Sequence record: MT161459.1
Length of the DNA: 64,000 bases
Strand: one strand, 5' to 3'
Positions 1-6,444 of the stretch are shown here, one piece after another. Position numbers and translations under genes: made by a program. Below the pieces are notes generated by a model, which was given only the letters and a program-made list of their open reading frames with translations, ran no database searches and was not told the DNA's origin. Position 1 is the first letter of the stretch. Each line of letters begins with the position of its first letter.

Positions 1-10
1 GGGCCCACCA
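1..10 (+). tRNA. 3' end of a tRNA cut by the window edge
   Basis: GGGCCC-A-CCA immediately before the next tRNA. Confidence 0.6.
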
Positions 11-18
11 ATTTCAAC

Positions 19-93
19 GCGCTGATAGCCAAGCGGTTGGGCAAGTGATTGCAAATCACTTCTACATCGGTTCGAATCCGGTTCAGTGCTCCA
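19..93 (+). tRNA. tRNA-Cys(GCA)
   Basis: Acceptor GCGCTGA/TCAGTGC, anticodon arm AGTGA-TTGCAAA-TCACT, T loop TTCGAAT, encoded CCA. Confidence 0.93.
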
Positions 94-118
94 ATTTTAC
101 ATAGCCGAGAATTACACC

Positions 119-898
119 ATGAGCATGCCAAGTCGCATACATTTCTACAAGAATGGCTTTCCCGTTGCCTCTGCGTTTATCAACTGCGGTTGGTACTACG
201 ACGAGATCGAAATCATTAAGACTCTGCTCCGTTATGTGGATCAGGATTGGAACCATTGCGTAGCGTATAACGTCACGTACTACAAAGATCAACTCGAATG
301 TCAACTCGAGACACTGCTTCTTGCAAATGAAGCTCGTGCCGAATTAGCGAAGAAAGAACGCGAAGCTCGGGCACTGGACAATCGCACCACGATGATGACT
401 ATCGTGAAAGGACGTGCTATTCCCAAGCTAATTGCAGAGGAAATCTGTAGCGTTCAACCGATGGCTGATGCTAATGGGAAAATGTTCAAACCGGAAACGT
501 TCAGCAAATATGTAGATGAGCTTCCGCCATACACTGCGGTAGAGCACGTCAAACTCCGAGCTGAGCATTGGACTGTTATTACGACTGCAGCTTTGCAAGC
601 TCTACGTAATGTCTGGTCTGCTGATGTAATGCACGCGAAGGTCCATCACGCTACAGAGCGTTATCTGGCCGTCGAGCTCAGCATCGCTTACCCAACAAAT
701 CTATCGAAGAAGACTATCTTCTTTGGCAACATAGATCTTACATCCGCCGAGACTTTCAACAAAGATCTTCGCCGGTTGAAGAGTAATCTAGTGCTGAAAA
801 GCATTGGAATGAAGGATTCGTTTGTGATGGATAATGACGTAATGTTCATGTATCCGGATAGAATCGATTTCAGCAAAATCAAACACGAATTAAAGTGA
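119..898 (+). CDS. hypothetical protein
   Basis: Long ORF; the track start at 86 overlaps tRNA-Cys so ATG 119 is preferred. Confidence 0.75.
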   Translation: MSMPSRIHFYKNGFPVASAFINCGWYYDEIEIIKTLLRYVDQDWNHCVAYNVTYYKDQLECQLETLLLANEARAELAKKEREARALDNRTTMMTIVKGRAIPKLIAEEICSVQPMADANGKMFKPETFSKYVDELPPYTAVEHVKLRAEHWTVITTAALQALRNVWSADVMHAKVHHATERYLAVELSIAYPTNLSKKTIFFGNIDLTSAETFNKDLRRLKSNLVLKSIGMKDSFVMDNDVMFMYPDRIDFSKIKHELK

Positions 899-959
899 GG
901 TTGATTATGTCACCGCTAAACGCGATGGAAAGCCGCTAGGCAGAAAAGGTAAGAACACA

Positions 960-1265
960 GTGTACATCAGCGGGCATTCCAGCGATGGGAAGCCAGTGCT
1001 TCGGAACGTGTTTTACCAATACGAGACAAACGGCGTACCGCTAGATCTTTTGATCGAGCAATTCTATGCTAATGGGTATCTGATAGACTGGCTACAGTTC
1101 TACGATGATGCTGTTGCTATAGGATGGAAGTGCGAAACTATTCTCAAGCGTATTGGATATGCTTTTGAAGAAGTGTTTAGTCTTGATGAAAGTGAGCGGA
1201 TAATAGCTTCATTGAAGAGATTCAGAACTTACCCGACAGTTAGTCTGATGAAGACCTTACCTTAG
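960..1265 (+). CDS. small protein resembling a fragment of alanyl-tRNA synthetase
   Basis: VFYQYETNGVPLDLL..IDWLQF aligns by eye with the AlaRS motif AFxLYDTYGFPxDLT..VDxxGF. Confidence 0.55.
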   Translation: MYISGHSSDGKPVLRNVFYQYETNGVPLDLLIEQFYANGYLIDWLQFYDDAVAIGWKCETILKRIGYAFEEVFSLDESERIIASLKRFRTYPTVSLMKTLP

Positions 1266-1456
1266 GTCAGATCTTTGAATACCGAGAATCGTTACTGCAA
1301 CCAAAACTTAAAAACAATGGAAGCGTCCTCGTGATGCAATGGTAGTGAACTGAACCCAACAGTCCAAAATGCGTGGATTAGTCATCTACATGGGAACAAA
1401 CGATTCTGTCGACTACCTTAACTAATGCTTCATTTCGATGGAGCATGTGTTAAAGT

Positions 1457-1531
1457 GCCTGTATAGTGTTAATGGTAACATGCCGTCCTTCCAAGTCGGA
1501 GTTCCGAGTTCGAGTCTCGATACAGGCTCCA
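1457..1531 (+). tRNA. tRNA-Gly(TCC)
   Basis: Acceptor GCCTGTA/TACAGGC, loop CTTCCAA, T loop TTCGAGT, CCA. Confidence 0.9.
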
Positions 1532-1541
1532 AATTTATCAT

Positions 1542-1618
1542 GGGGAATTAGCTCAGCTGGAACGAGCACCTGCCTTGCACGCAGGGGGTCATCGGTTCGA
1601 ACCCGATATTCTCCACCA
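1542..1618 (+). tRNA. tRNA-Ala(TGC)
   Basis: CCTGC-CTTGCAC-GCAGG arm, G3:U70 identity pair, CCA. Confidence 0.95.
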
Positions 1619-1642
1619 ATTTCAAAAACGAGAAAATACACT

Positions 1643-1843
1643 ATGATCTTTCTTGCACGGATTGAATACAATGAAATGCACTATCAAGGTAAGATTCGCT
1701 ATCTATCAGCTACCAAGTTGGTACACGCAGAGACTGCCGATGACGTAGAGCAGAAAGTAATAGATTTCTACGACAAGAAGTCTCGCGAATATGACGTGTA
1801 TTACAGCGTCAGATCCGTCGAGGTGGAAGAACCAATTTTATAA
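1643..1843 (+). CDS. hypothetical protein
   Basis: 66-aa ORF between tRNAs, GAG before ATG 1643. Confidence 0.65.
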   Translation: MIFLARIEYNEMHYQGKIRYLSATKLVHAETADDVEQKVIDFYDKKSREYDVYYSVRSVEVEEPIL

Positions 1844-1903
1844 CCATTTGGCTATCAGCTCACCGTTGAAAGAATACGGACAAGTCGGCTCGACCAAACG
1901 GTT
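1842..1903 (+). ncRNA. candidate small structured RNA
   Basis: Closing stem AACCATTTGG/CCAAACGGTT and inner hairpin CCGT-TGAAAGAAT-ACGG. Confidence 0.35.
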
Positions 1904-1906
1904 CAT

Positions 1907-1980
1907 AGGGGATTAGCCTAGTGGTTAGGCAGCGGATTCCAAATCCGCCTAGGAGGTTTCGAATACTTCATCCCCTGCCA
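1907..1980 (+). tRNA. tRNA-Trp(CCA)
   Basis: AGGGGAT/ATCCCCT, GCGGA-TTCCAAA-TCCGC, CCA. Confidence 0.92.
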
Positions 1981-2030
1981 ATTTCAAGAGATCTCATCAT
2001 TCCCAATTAAAGATCTCGTATTTACAACAT

Positions 2031-2105
2031 CGGTGATTCGGCAAGGGGTATGTCACTTGCTTTGGGAGCAAGCATTCGTAGGTTCGATTCCTACATCACC
2101 GACCA
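2031..2105 (+). tRNA. tRNA-Pro(TGG)
   Basis: CGGTGAT/ATCACCG, CTTGC-TTTGGGA-GCAAG, T loop TTCGATT, CCA. Confidence 0.92.
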
Positions 2106-2113
2106 ATTTCAAC

Positions 2114-2190
2114 GCGTCCTTAGCTTAGCTGGTTAGAGCAGCAGACTCTTAATTTGAAGGTCCTCGGTTCGATCCCGAGAGGACGCACCA
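2114..2190 (+). tRNA. tRNA-Lys(CTT)
   Basis: GCGTCCT/AGGACGC, loop CTCTTAA, T loop TTCGATC, CCA. Confidence 0.88.
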
Positions 2191-2198
2191 ATTTCAAT

Positions 2199-2270
2199 AC
2201 CCGTTAGAGCTCAATGAGCGCCTGACAAATGTGATGGAGGAAACCAGTGAAAGACTGGTGACGGGTACCA
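2199..2270 (+). ncRNA. tRNA-like RNA with degenerate D loop, anticodon arm and T loop
   Basis: Acceptor ACCCGTT/GACGGGT + A-CCA; D stem GCTC-AAT-GAGC; T arm ACCAG-TGAAAGA-CTGGT; anticodon stem mostly unpaired. Confidence 0.65.
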
Positions 2271-2277
2271 TTTCAAT

Positions 2278-2354
2278 ACGCCTTTAGCTCAATTGGATAG
2301 AGCAATCGGCTTTTAACCGATAGGTTCTGGGATCATGCCCCAGAGGGCGTACCA
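2278..2354 (+). tRNA. tRNA-Lys(TTT), non-canonical T loop
   Basis: ATCGG-CTTTTAA-CCGAT; T arm CTGGG-ATCATGC-CCCAG; CCA. Confidence 0.85.
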
Positions 2355-2359
2355 TATTC

Positions 2360-2605
2360 GCAAGAATCGAGCTGGTATGAGTACCTCAGCTCGTTAAATT
2401 ATCAAACGGTATCCGCGATGCGCTCGGTCAGCCAATCCGTAATGGATAAGCAGACTATCAACAGTAAGCGGCTGTATTGGTTCAACCTTCTCCCACGTCA
2501 GTGGTGTCAGGGTAGGATGATGTGGGGTTTCCCAAGTAGGCCACAGAAAATGTGATGTCCCAACGAAACGACAGCGACCCACGTTAAACGTTCATGTCTG
2601 TCAAC
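2360..2605 (+). ncRNA. candidate ~240-nt structured RNA between tRNAs
   Basis: No + strand ORF in the track; hairpins CGAGCTG..CAGCTCG, ATCC-GTAAT-GGAT, ACAG..CTGT, CCAC-GTCA-GTGG, and AGCCAAT/ATTGGTT pairing. Confidence 0.45.
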
Positions 2606-2614
2606 AAATTTTAG

Positions 2615-2691
2615 AGGGGATTCGCCTAGCTGGCCTAAGGCAGTGGACTTTGAATTCACTATCACTGGTTCGAATCCAGTATCCCCCGCCA
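2615..2691 (+). tRNA. tRNA-Gln(TTG)
   Basis: GTGGA-CTTTGAA-TTCAC, T loop TTCGAAT, CCA; A1:C72 mismatch. Confidence 0.9.
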
Positions 2692-2694
2692 ATT

Positions 2695-2763
2695 TGGTTG
2701 CATTCTCGATAGCCGTCCTGAGAAAATGAGATCGGGACTAAGCTAAAGAACATAGTGCAACCA
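2695..2763 (+). ncRNA. tRNA-sized long hairpin ending in CCA
   Basis: TGGTTGCA/TGCAACCA terminal stem, inner TTCT/AGAA, TAGC/GCTA, GTCCTG/CGGGAC. Confidence 0.45.
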
Positions 2764-2771
2764 TTGCTTTT

Positions 2772-2863
2772 GGAAGTGTGCCAGAGAGGCTGAATGGGCC
2801 AGCTTGGAAAGCTGGTGACGGCCAACAGGTCGTCCGTAGGTTCGAATCCTACCACTTCCGCCA
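2772..2863 (+). tRNA. tRNA-Ser(GGA)
   Basis: GGAAGTG/CACTTCC, CCAGC-TTGGAAA-GCTGG, long variable arm, G73, CCA. Confidence 0.95.
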
Positions 2864-2906
2864 ATTATTCACGATCGTGCAGCAGCACGATGAGAGGTAT
2901 CAGTAG

Positions 2907-3338
2907 ATGCAAAACCTAGCAAGTCTCTACGTCGGTATGGTAGAGCACATTATGGAATTTCAAAAAGATCGAACCGACATCGATCCACGATGCTACTGCA
3001 AAGAAGCGTTCCTTCGGGATTGCAGGACAATTTCTATCGATATGGGTAGAATGACTTGCAAATCTGTAGCGGCAATGACCCTTGCTCAAAAGCATTGCGG
3101 AGCTGTTGTCGTTATGAATGGAGCTCTTCGAGATTGGATCCTGGGACACCCTGGCATTGATCGGAGTCGAGTATTCACAGCAAGGGACTTTATCAAAGAG
3201 CTGCAGGAGAATGGATCTCATTACCGTATTGTGGTAATCGATGAGCCTAAATTCATCTCTGAGAAAATGGTTCGCGAGATCGTCAAGTTGTCTGCCGACA
3301 CAGGCGTGGAACATATCGTTCGTCTTGGAACACAATGA
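2907..3338 (+). CDS. hypothetical protein with degenerate P-loop NTPase-like motifs
   Basis: GRMTCKS (Walker A-like) and IVVIDEP (Walker B-like); GAGG RBS. Confidence 0.6.
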   Translation: MQNLASLYVGMVEHIMEFQKDRTDIDPRCYCKEAFLRDCRTISIDMGRMTCKSVAAMTLAQKHCGAVVVMNGALRDWILGHPGIDRSRVFTARDFIKELQENGSHYRIVVIDEPKFISEKMVREIVKLSADTGVEHIVRLGTQ

Positions 3339-3343
3339 ACAAA

Positions 3344-3440
3344 GGAAGCGTGGCAGAGTCCGGCTTATTGCAACTGACTTGAAATCAGTCGACGGTGGCA
3401 ATCCCATCGTCCGTGGGTTCAAATCCTACCGCTTCCGCCA
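3344..3440 (+). tRNA. tRNA-Ser(TGA)
   Basis: GGAAGCG/CGCTTCC, ACTGA-CTTGAAA-TCAGT, long variable arm, CCA. Confidence 0.95.
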
Positions 3441-3446
3441 AACAAT

Positions 3447-3511
3447 GAGCTCTTAGGTTAGTGAAAACCGCTGGCTGTCCAATGCCAGAGACGCGTAAGC
3501 AGAGCTCGCCA
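3447..3511 (+). ncRNA. tRNA-like RNA with 8-nt anticodon loop and vestigial T arm
   Basis: Perfect GAGCTCT/AGAGCTC + G-CCA; D arm GGTT-AGTGAA-AACC; CTGGC-TGTCCAAT-GCCAG; T arm reduced to GC-GTAA-GC. Confidence 0.65.
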
Positions 3512-3516
3512 AACAC

Positions 3517-3601
3517 GCGGATGTGGTGAAATTGGCAGTCACACTAGATTTAGGATCTAGCGCCTTCGGGCATGTCGGTTCGAGTCCGACCATCCGCACC
3601 A
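3517..3601 (+). tRNA. tRNA-Leu(TAG)
   Basis: GCGGATG/CATCCGC, CTAGA-TTTAGGA-TCTAG, variable arm, CCA. Confidence 0.95.
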
Positions 3602-3608
3602 GAATTAC

Positions 3609-3634
3609 AAGAGCCCATATGGGCTCTTTTTGTT
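3609..3634 (+). terminator. intrinsic terminator after the tRNA run
   Basis: AAGAGCCC-ATAT-GGGCTCTT + U tract. Confidence 0.85.
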
Positions 3635-3637
3635 GCC

Positions 3638-3644
3638 CTAAATA
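3638..3644 (+). promoter_or_regulatory. putative late promoter CTAAATA (also 11669, 17479, 17872, 33568, 45395, 56370, 62010)
   Basis: Recurs in intergenic positions shortly upstream of starts; resembles T4 gp55 late promoter TATAAATA. Confidence 0.6.
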
Positions 3645-3662
3645 CAAGAAAAGGAGATCGTA

Positions 3663-4052
3663 ATGGACTTTGCAAACTTTTCTAGTACACAGTCTAAGTC
3701 ACCGGCCATCGGTAATCTCATTACCAAGTTGCTAAAGAGTGTTCCGTACGTTCACCACGAGCATCTGACTACTACGTCATACGAACGTCATATCACCCTT
3801 CAACAGTATTACGAAGGGATGCCAGGAGTAGTCGATACGCTAGCGGAAGCTAGTATTGCTCGTGGGTATCCACAGAGTTTCGATGCTCAGTTCAATCTGA
3901 TATCATTCGAGCAACTCTTAAACGACGCGATGTCGGAGTGTAATGCAGTTCACAAGATTCTCGAGAAAGATGGTATGTGGGATCTGACCAATGCTCTGGA
4001 AGATATCATGACCTTCATTTCATCCGTACAGTACAAATTGCGTTTGAAATAG
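3663..4052 (+). CDS. ferritin/Dps-like four-helix protein
   Basis: HHEHL...YERH..LQQYYE....D.LAE ferritin-like pattern; AGGAG RBS. Confidence 0.65.
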   Translation: MDFANFSSTQSKSPAIGNLITKLLKSVPYVHHEHLTTTSYERHITLQQYYEGMPGVVDTLAEASIARGYPQSFDAQFNLISFEQLLNDAMSECNAVHKILEKDGMWDLTNALEDIMTFISSVQYKLRLK

Positions 4053-4081
4053 TTGACTAAGCGGGTTATCCATGAGATGAT
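4053..4081 (+). promoter_or_regulatory. sigma70-like early promoter
   Basis: TTGACT-17-GATGAT. Confidence 0.55.
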
Positions 4082-4092
4082 CTGCTTTATAA

Positions 4093-4169
4093 GGCCCCTT
4101 ATCATAATCGGTTAGTGGAGCGTCCTCATAAGGCGTAACGTCTCGGTTCGAGTCCGAGAGGGGCCACCA
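4093..4169 (+). tRNA. tRNA-Ile2(CAT, lysidine type); Met less likely
   Basis: GGCCCCT/AGGGGCC-A-CCA acceptor as in enterobacterial Ile2; loop CTCATAA. Confidence 0.8.
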
Positions 4170-4189
4170 TATTCATTTGGGAGATTCTC

Positions 4190-4495
4190 GTGCACTATAG
4201 AGATGTCGATCGAAACAAACTCATTCGACTGTCGATGTACCAACGGATGTGCCTCGAGCACAAATACCACAACGGTAAGCAGGTTGGTCGATACATCAAC
4301 GAAATGCACCAGCTCAATAAGCTGGTGTACGTTGCGGAGTCTCCCTTTAACGCGATTAGCGATAAGAAGGTGCTAATTGCTATTGCCAACAAGGTCGCAT
4401 TCGATCGTGAGCTAGCTCGCCAGAAGGATGCATTCAACTTTCAACTTCACAAAGCGTTGCACGAAGCAAACTGGGAATACGAGCACGAGAGGTAA
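4190..4495 (+). CDS. hypothetical protein
   Basis: GTG start after GGAG. Confidence 0.6.
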   Translation: MHYRDVDRNKLIRLSMYQRMCLEHKYHNGKQVGRYINEMHQLNKLVYVAESPFNAISDKKVLIAIANKVAFDRELARQKDAFNFQLHKALHEANWEYEHER

Positions 4496-4498
4496 ATT

Positions 4499-4690
4499 AT
4501 GGCGCTAATACTGTCTGATCTTCGAGAGTACATCGACAAAGATCCAAAGACCTGTCGTCGGTGTGGATATTACGGAGCCAAGTATGCTCCACTTGGAGAT
4601 AGCTCCAATGGACTATTTTGTTACAACTGCATCGATGCAGCAACATATCGACTCCAACAACTTCGACGCGAAAACAACAACCGCAACTAA
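4499..4690 (+). CDS. small Cys-rich (zinc-binding) protein
   Basis: CxxC...CxxC; GAGG RBS. Confidence 0.6.
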   Translation: MALILSDLREYIDKDPKTCRRCGYYGAKYAPLGDSSNGLFCYNCIDAATYRLQQLRRENNNRN

Positions 4691-4701
4691 GCAGGTTTAC
4701 C

Positions 4702-4971
4702 ATGATTCTCAAAATTGATGGATTTAAAAAGACCACAGTTCATTCTCGTTGGGAGATCGTTGCATTCCTCGCTCGGAAGAACATCGTCGATGAAGACTAT
4801 ATAGACGACTGCGCTGACGAGATCCGAGATATCATGAAGCGTGGGGCTGAGGTCTGTTGGGGCCAGTTGTGTCCATATCATCTCGAGATCAATGAAACCA
4901 ATTACCTCATCGTGAGTGGTGACGAAGACGAGCTTCGGACCATGATTGCAAACGCGAGAGAAGAAATCTAA
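4702..4971 (+). CDS. hypothetical protein
   Basis: ATG 4702 after AGG. Confidence 0.6.
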   Translation: MILKIDGFKKTTVHSRWEIVAFLARKNIVDEDYIDDCADEIRDIMKRGAEVCWGQLCPYHLEINETNYLIVSGDEDELRTMIANAREEI

Positions 4972-4976
4972 AATTT

Positions 4977-5056
4977 GTGTTCTTTGTAAGTCTCAGTTGG
5001 AAGAGCTGCTTGGCCGAAACCAAGCGGAGGCGTGTTCGAATCGCGCCTTAGAACAC
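4977..5056 (+). ncRNA. tRNA-like element / pseudo-tRNA without CCA
   Basis: D-like TCTC-AGTTGGAA-GAGC, GCTTGG-CCGAAA-CCAAGC arm, canonical T arm GCGTG-TTCGAAT-CGCGC, outer stem GTGTTCT/AGAACAC. Confidence 0.6.
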
Positions 5057-5125
5057 TTTATTATCGAGGAGACTTTGTGTACGAAGTTCTGTTACTTCAT
5101 TAGAGTATTCTAATGGAGATCCAAA

Positions 5126-5329
5126 ATGTCAATACAACAAAGAAGTCGCTATATCCCATATCGCAATACCTGGGGAAGATATCTGAAAAACCTAACCAAT
5201 ACGGTATCCCGAGTAACGTGGAAGCGTGAGTGTCACCTCCTACTACTCGATCCTACGTTGGAGGTTACCGATGATGCTGCCCTGAGGAAGATCGCCAAGG
5301 CCAAAGACTCTTGGGATAGCGTATGGTGA
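5126..5329 (+). CDS. hypothetical protein
   Basis: GGAG RBS, followed by terminator. Confidence 0.6.
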   Translation: MSIQQRSRYIPYRNTWGRYLKNLTNTVSRVTWKRECHLLLLDPTLEVTDDAALRKIAKAKDSWDSVW

Positions 5330-5336
5330 AAAATCA

Positions 5337-5360
5337 AACCCACTTCGGTGGGTTTTCCTT
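5337..5360 (+). terminator. terminator type B, AACCCAC-TTCG-GTGGGTT (identical at 27536, 53869, 61712)
   Basis: UUCG hairpin + U tract, four identical copies. Confidence 0.9.
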
Positions 5361-5369
5361 TATCTACTG

Positions 5370-5397
5370 TTGACTGTCTTGTATACCTGCGTATACT
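5370..5397 (+). promoter_or_regulatory. sigma70-like early promoter
   Basis: TTGACT-16-TATACT directly after terminator. Confidence 0.65.
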
Positions 5398-5426
5398 TCC
5401 CTATACAGTTTTGGAGACTTTATATT

Positions 5427-5735
5427 ATGACATTTAACATCAAACTCGAGTTAATGTCGTCGGCTGAGAATGCCGCGAAGGATGGGATCCTCGCAAAGGA
5501 TTTGGCGCGATCGTACTACGTGGATGATGAACTGACGTCATACGTCGAATCTATCATGATGTGCACGTGCCTTCCAATCTTATCAACTCGAAGTGATGAC
5601 GTCATCATACTCACGCCCAACGGTTACGTACTGTGGGCTAGTGAAGATCTGATCGCTGTAACTGAAAGTCTCTATCGCAAGCCAATCTCATTATTTGAAC
5701 TAGGAAGAGAAATATGTCTGAAAAGCTCCAGTTGA
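5427..5735 (+). CDS. hypothetical protein
   Basis: ATG 5427 after GGAG. Confidence 0.65.
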   Translation: MTFNIKLELMSSAENAAKDGILAKDLARSYYVDDELTSYVESIMMCTCLPILSTRSDDVIILTPNGYVLWASEDLIAVTESLYRKPISLFELGREICLKSSS

Positions 5736-6040
5736 ATCTCAATAGCATCAACGAACTTGGGGATCAACCGTTCGACGATCTCGATCAATTCGAGTTTGTC
5801 CGATATGACTATGATCGATTCACAACTGTCCTGCTATCTCGCATTCGCGAACTCGAGGATCGGTTTACTCGGATGTTTGGGTCTCCATGCGTTGTGTTCG
5901 GAGATGGCACTGTCGACTCGTTGAATAACATCACAAGTGGATACTATGCTGAGTACTTCGTCGTGACTGCTAATGGGGTCATGGCAATGTACGGCGAGTC
6001 GCATGCTCTGTTTGTCAGTGGACCTCACTATGGACAATGA
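5714..6040 (+). CDS. hypothetical protein
   Basis: ORF overlapping neighbours, AGGA RBS. Confidence 0.65.
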   Translation: MSEKLQLNLNSINELGDQPFDDLDQFEFVRYDYDRFTTVLLSRIRELEDRFTRMFGSPCVVFGDGTVDSLNNITSGYYAEYFVVTANGVMAMYGESHALFVSGPHYGQ

Positions 6041-6236
6041 TCGCATCCGCTTTTTCAAAGAGCTTCTTGAGGATCATCCTCATCTGTATGGAACTACCGT
6101 GTCGTGTCCGGAGTGTCGGAATATGGAGGATGATCAGTACTGCTGCACTCTGTGCTGGGGACAGCAACAAATCAGTCTCGGTGATATGATCGGCGAATTG
6201 CTGACGGAGGTGGAAGCAAATGTCCAAACGTCTTAA
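6030..6236 (+). CDS. small CxxC-containing protein
   Basis: CPEC...CCTLC. Confidence 0.6.
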   Translation: MDNDRIRFFKELLEDHPHLYGTTVSCPECRNMEDDQYCCTLCWGQQQISLGDMIGELLTEVEANVQTS

Positions 6237-6444
6237 CGCTCATGTAGTGAGGCACCCTTATCTGTCGTCATTGCACAGATGGGCAGTTGTAGCAAATAAG
6301 AAGAACAGGGAACGAGAATGGAGCGACTTCTGGTGGCTGGCGTTCAAGCTGTATCCATGCTTAGCTCACCAGGGTACTGTAACTGTCCGGAGAATATCTC
6401 AATACTCCATCGAGCTGCTATTTGAAATAGAGGGCAACAAATGA
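6220..6444 (+). CDS. hypothetical protein
   Basis: GGAGG RBS. Confidence 0.6.
   Translation: MSKRLNAHVVRHPYLSSLHRWAVVANKKNREREWSDFWWLAFKLYPCLAHQGTVTVRRISQYSIELLFEIEGNK

Noticed and set aside
891-960. Possible +1 frameshift fusing 119-898 to the AlaRS-like ORF (open frame upstream of GTG 960)
   Set aside because: GTG 960 has its own AAGGT RBS and there is no clear slippery site
2360-2605. Resemblance to group I intron core (CAGCCAA...CAGACTA), RNase P 3' end or tmRNA
   Set aside because: No P7 partner strand, no GAGGAAAGUCC and no tmRNA termini or tag frame visible
1450-3647. ORF-track hits overlapping tRNAs (1450-1671, 1466-1642 portion, 2507-2692, 2601-2864, 3453-3647, 4112-4309)
   Set aside because: They are translations of tRNA genes or their antisense strands
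4093-4169. Initiator tRNA-fMet
   Set aside because: No C1:A72 mismatch or three G-C pairs in the anticodon stem; acceptor stem matches Ile2
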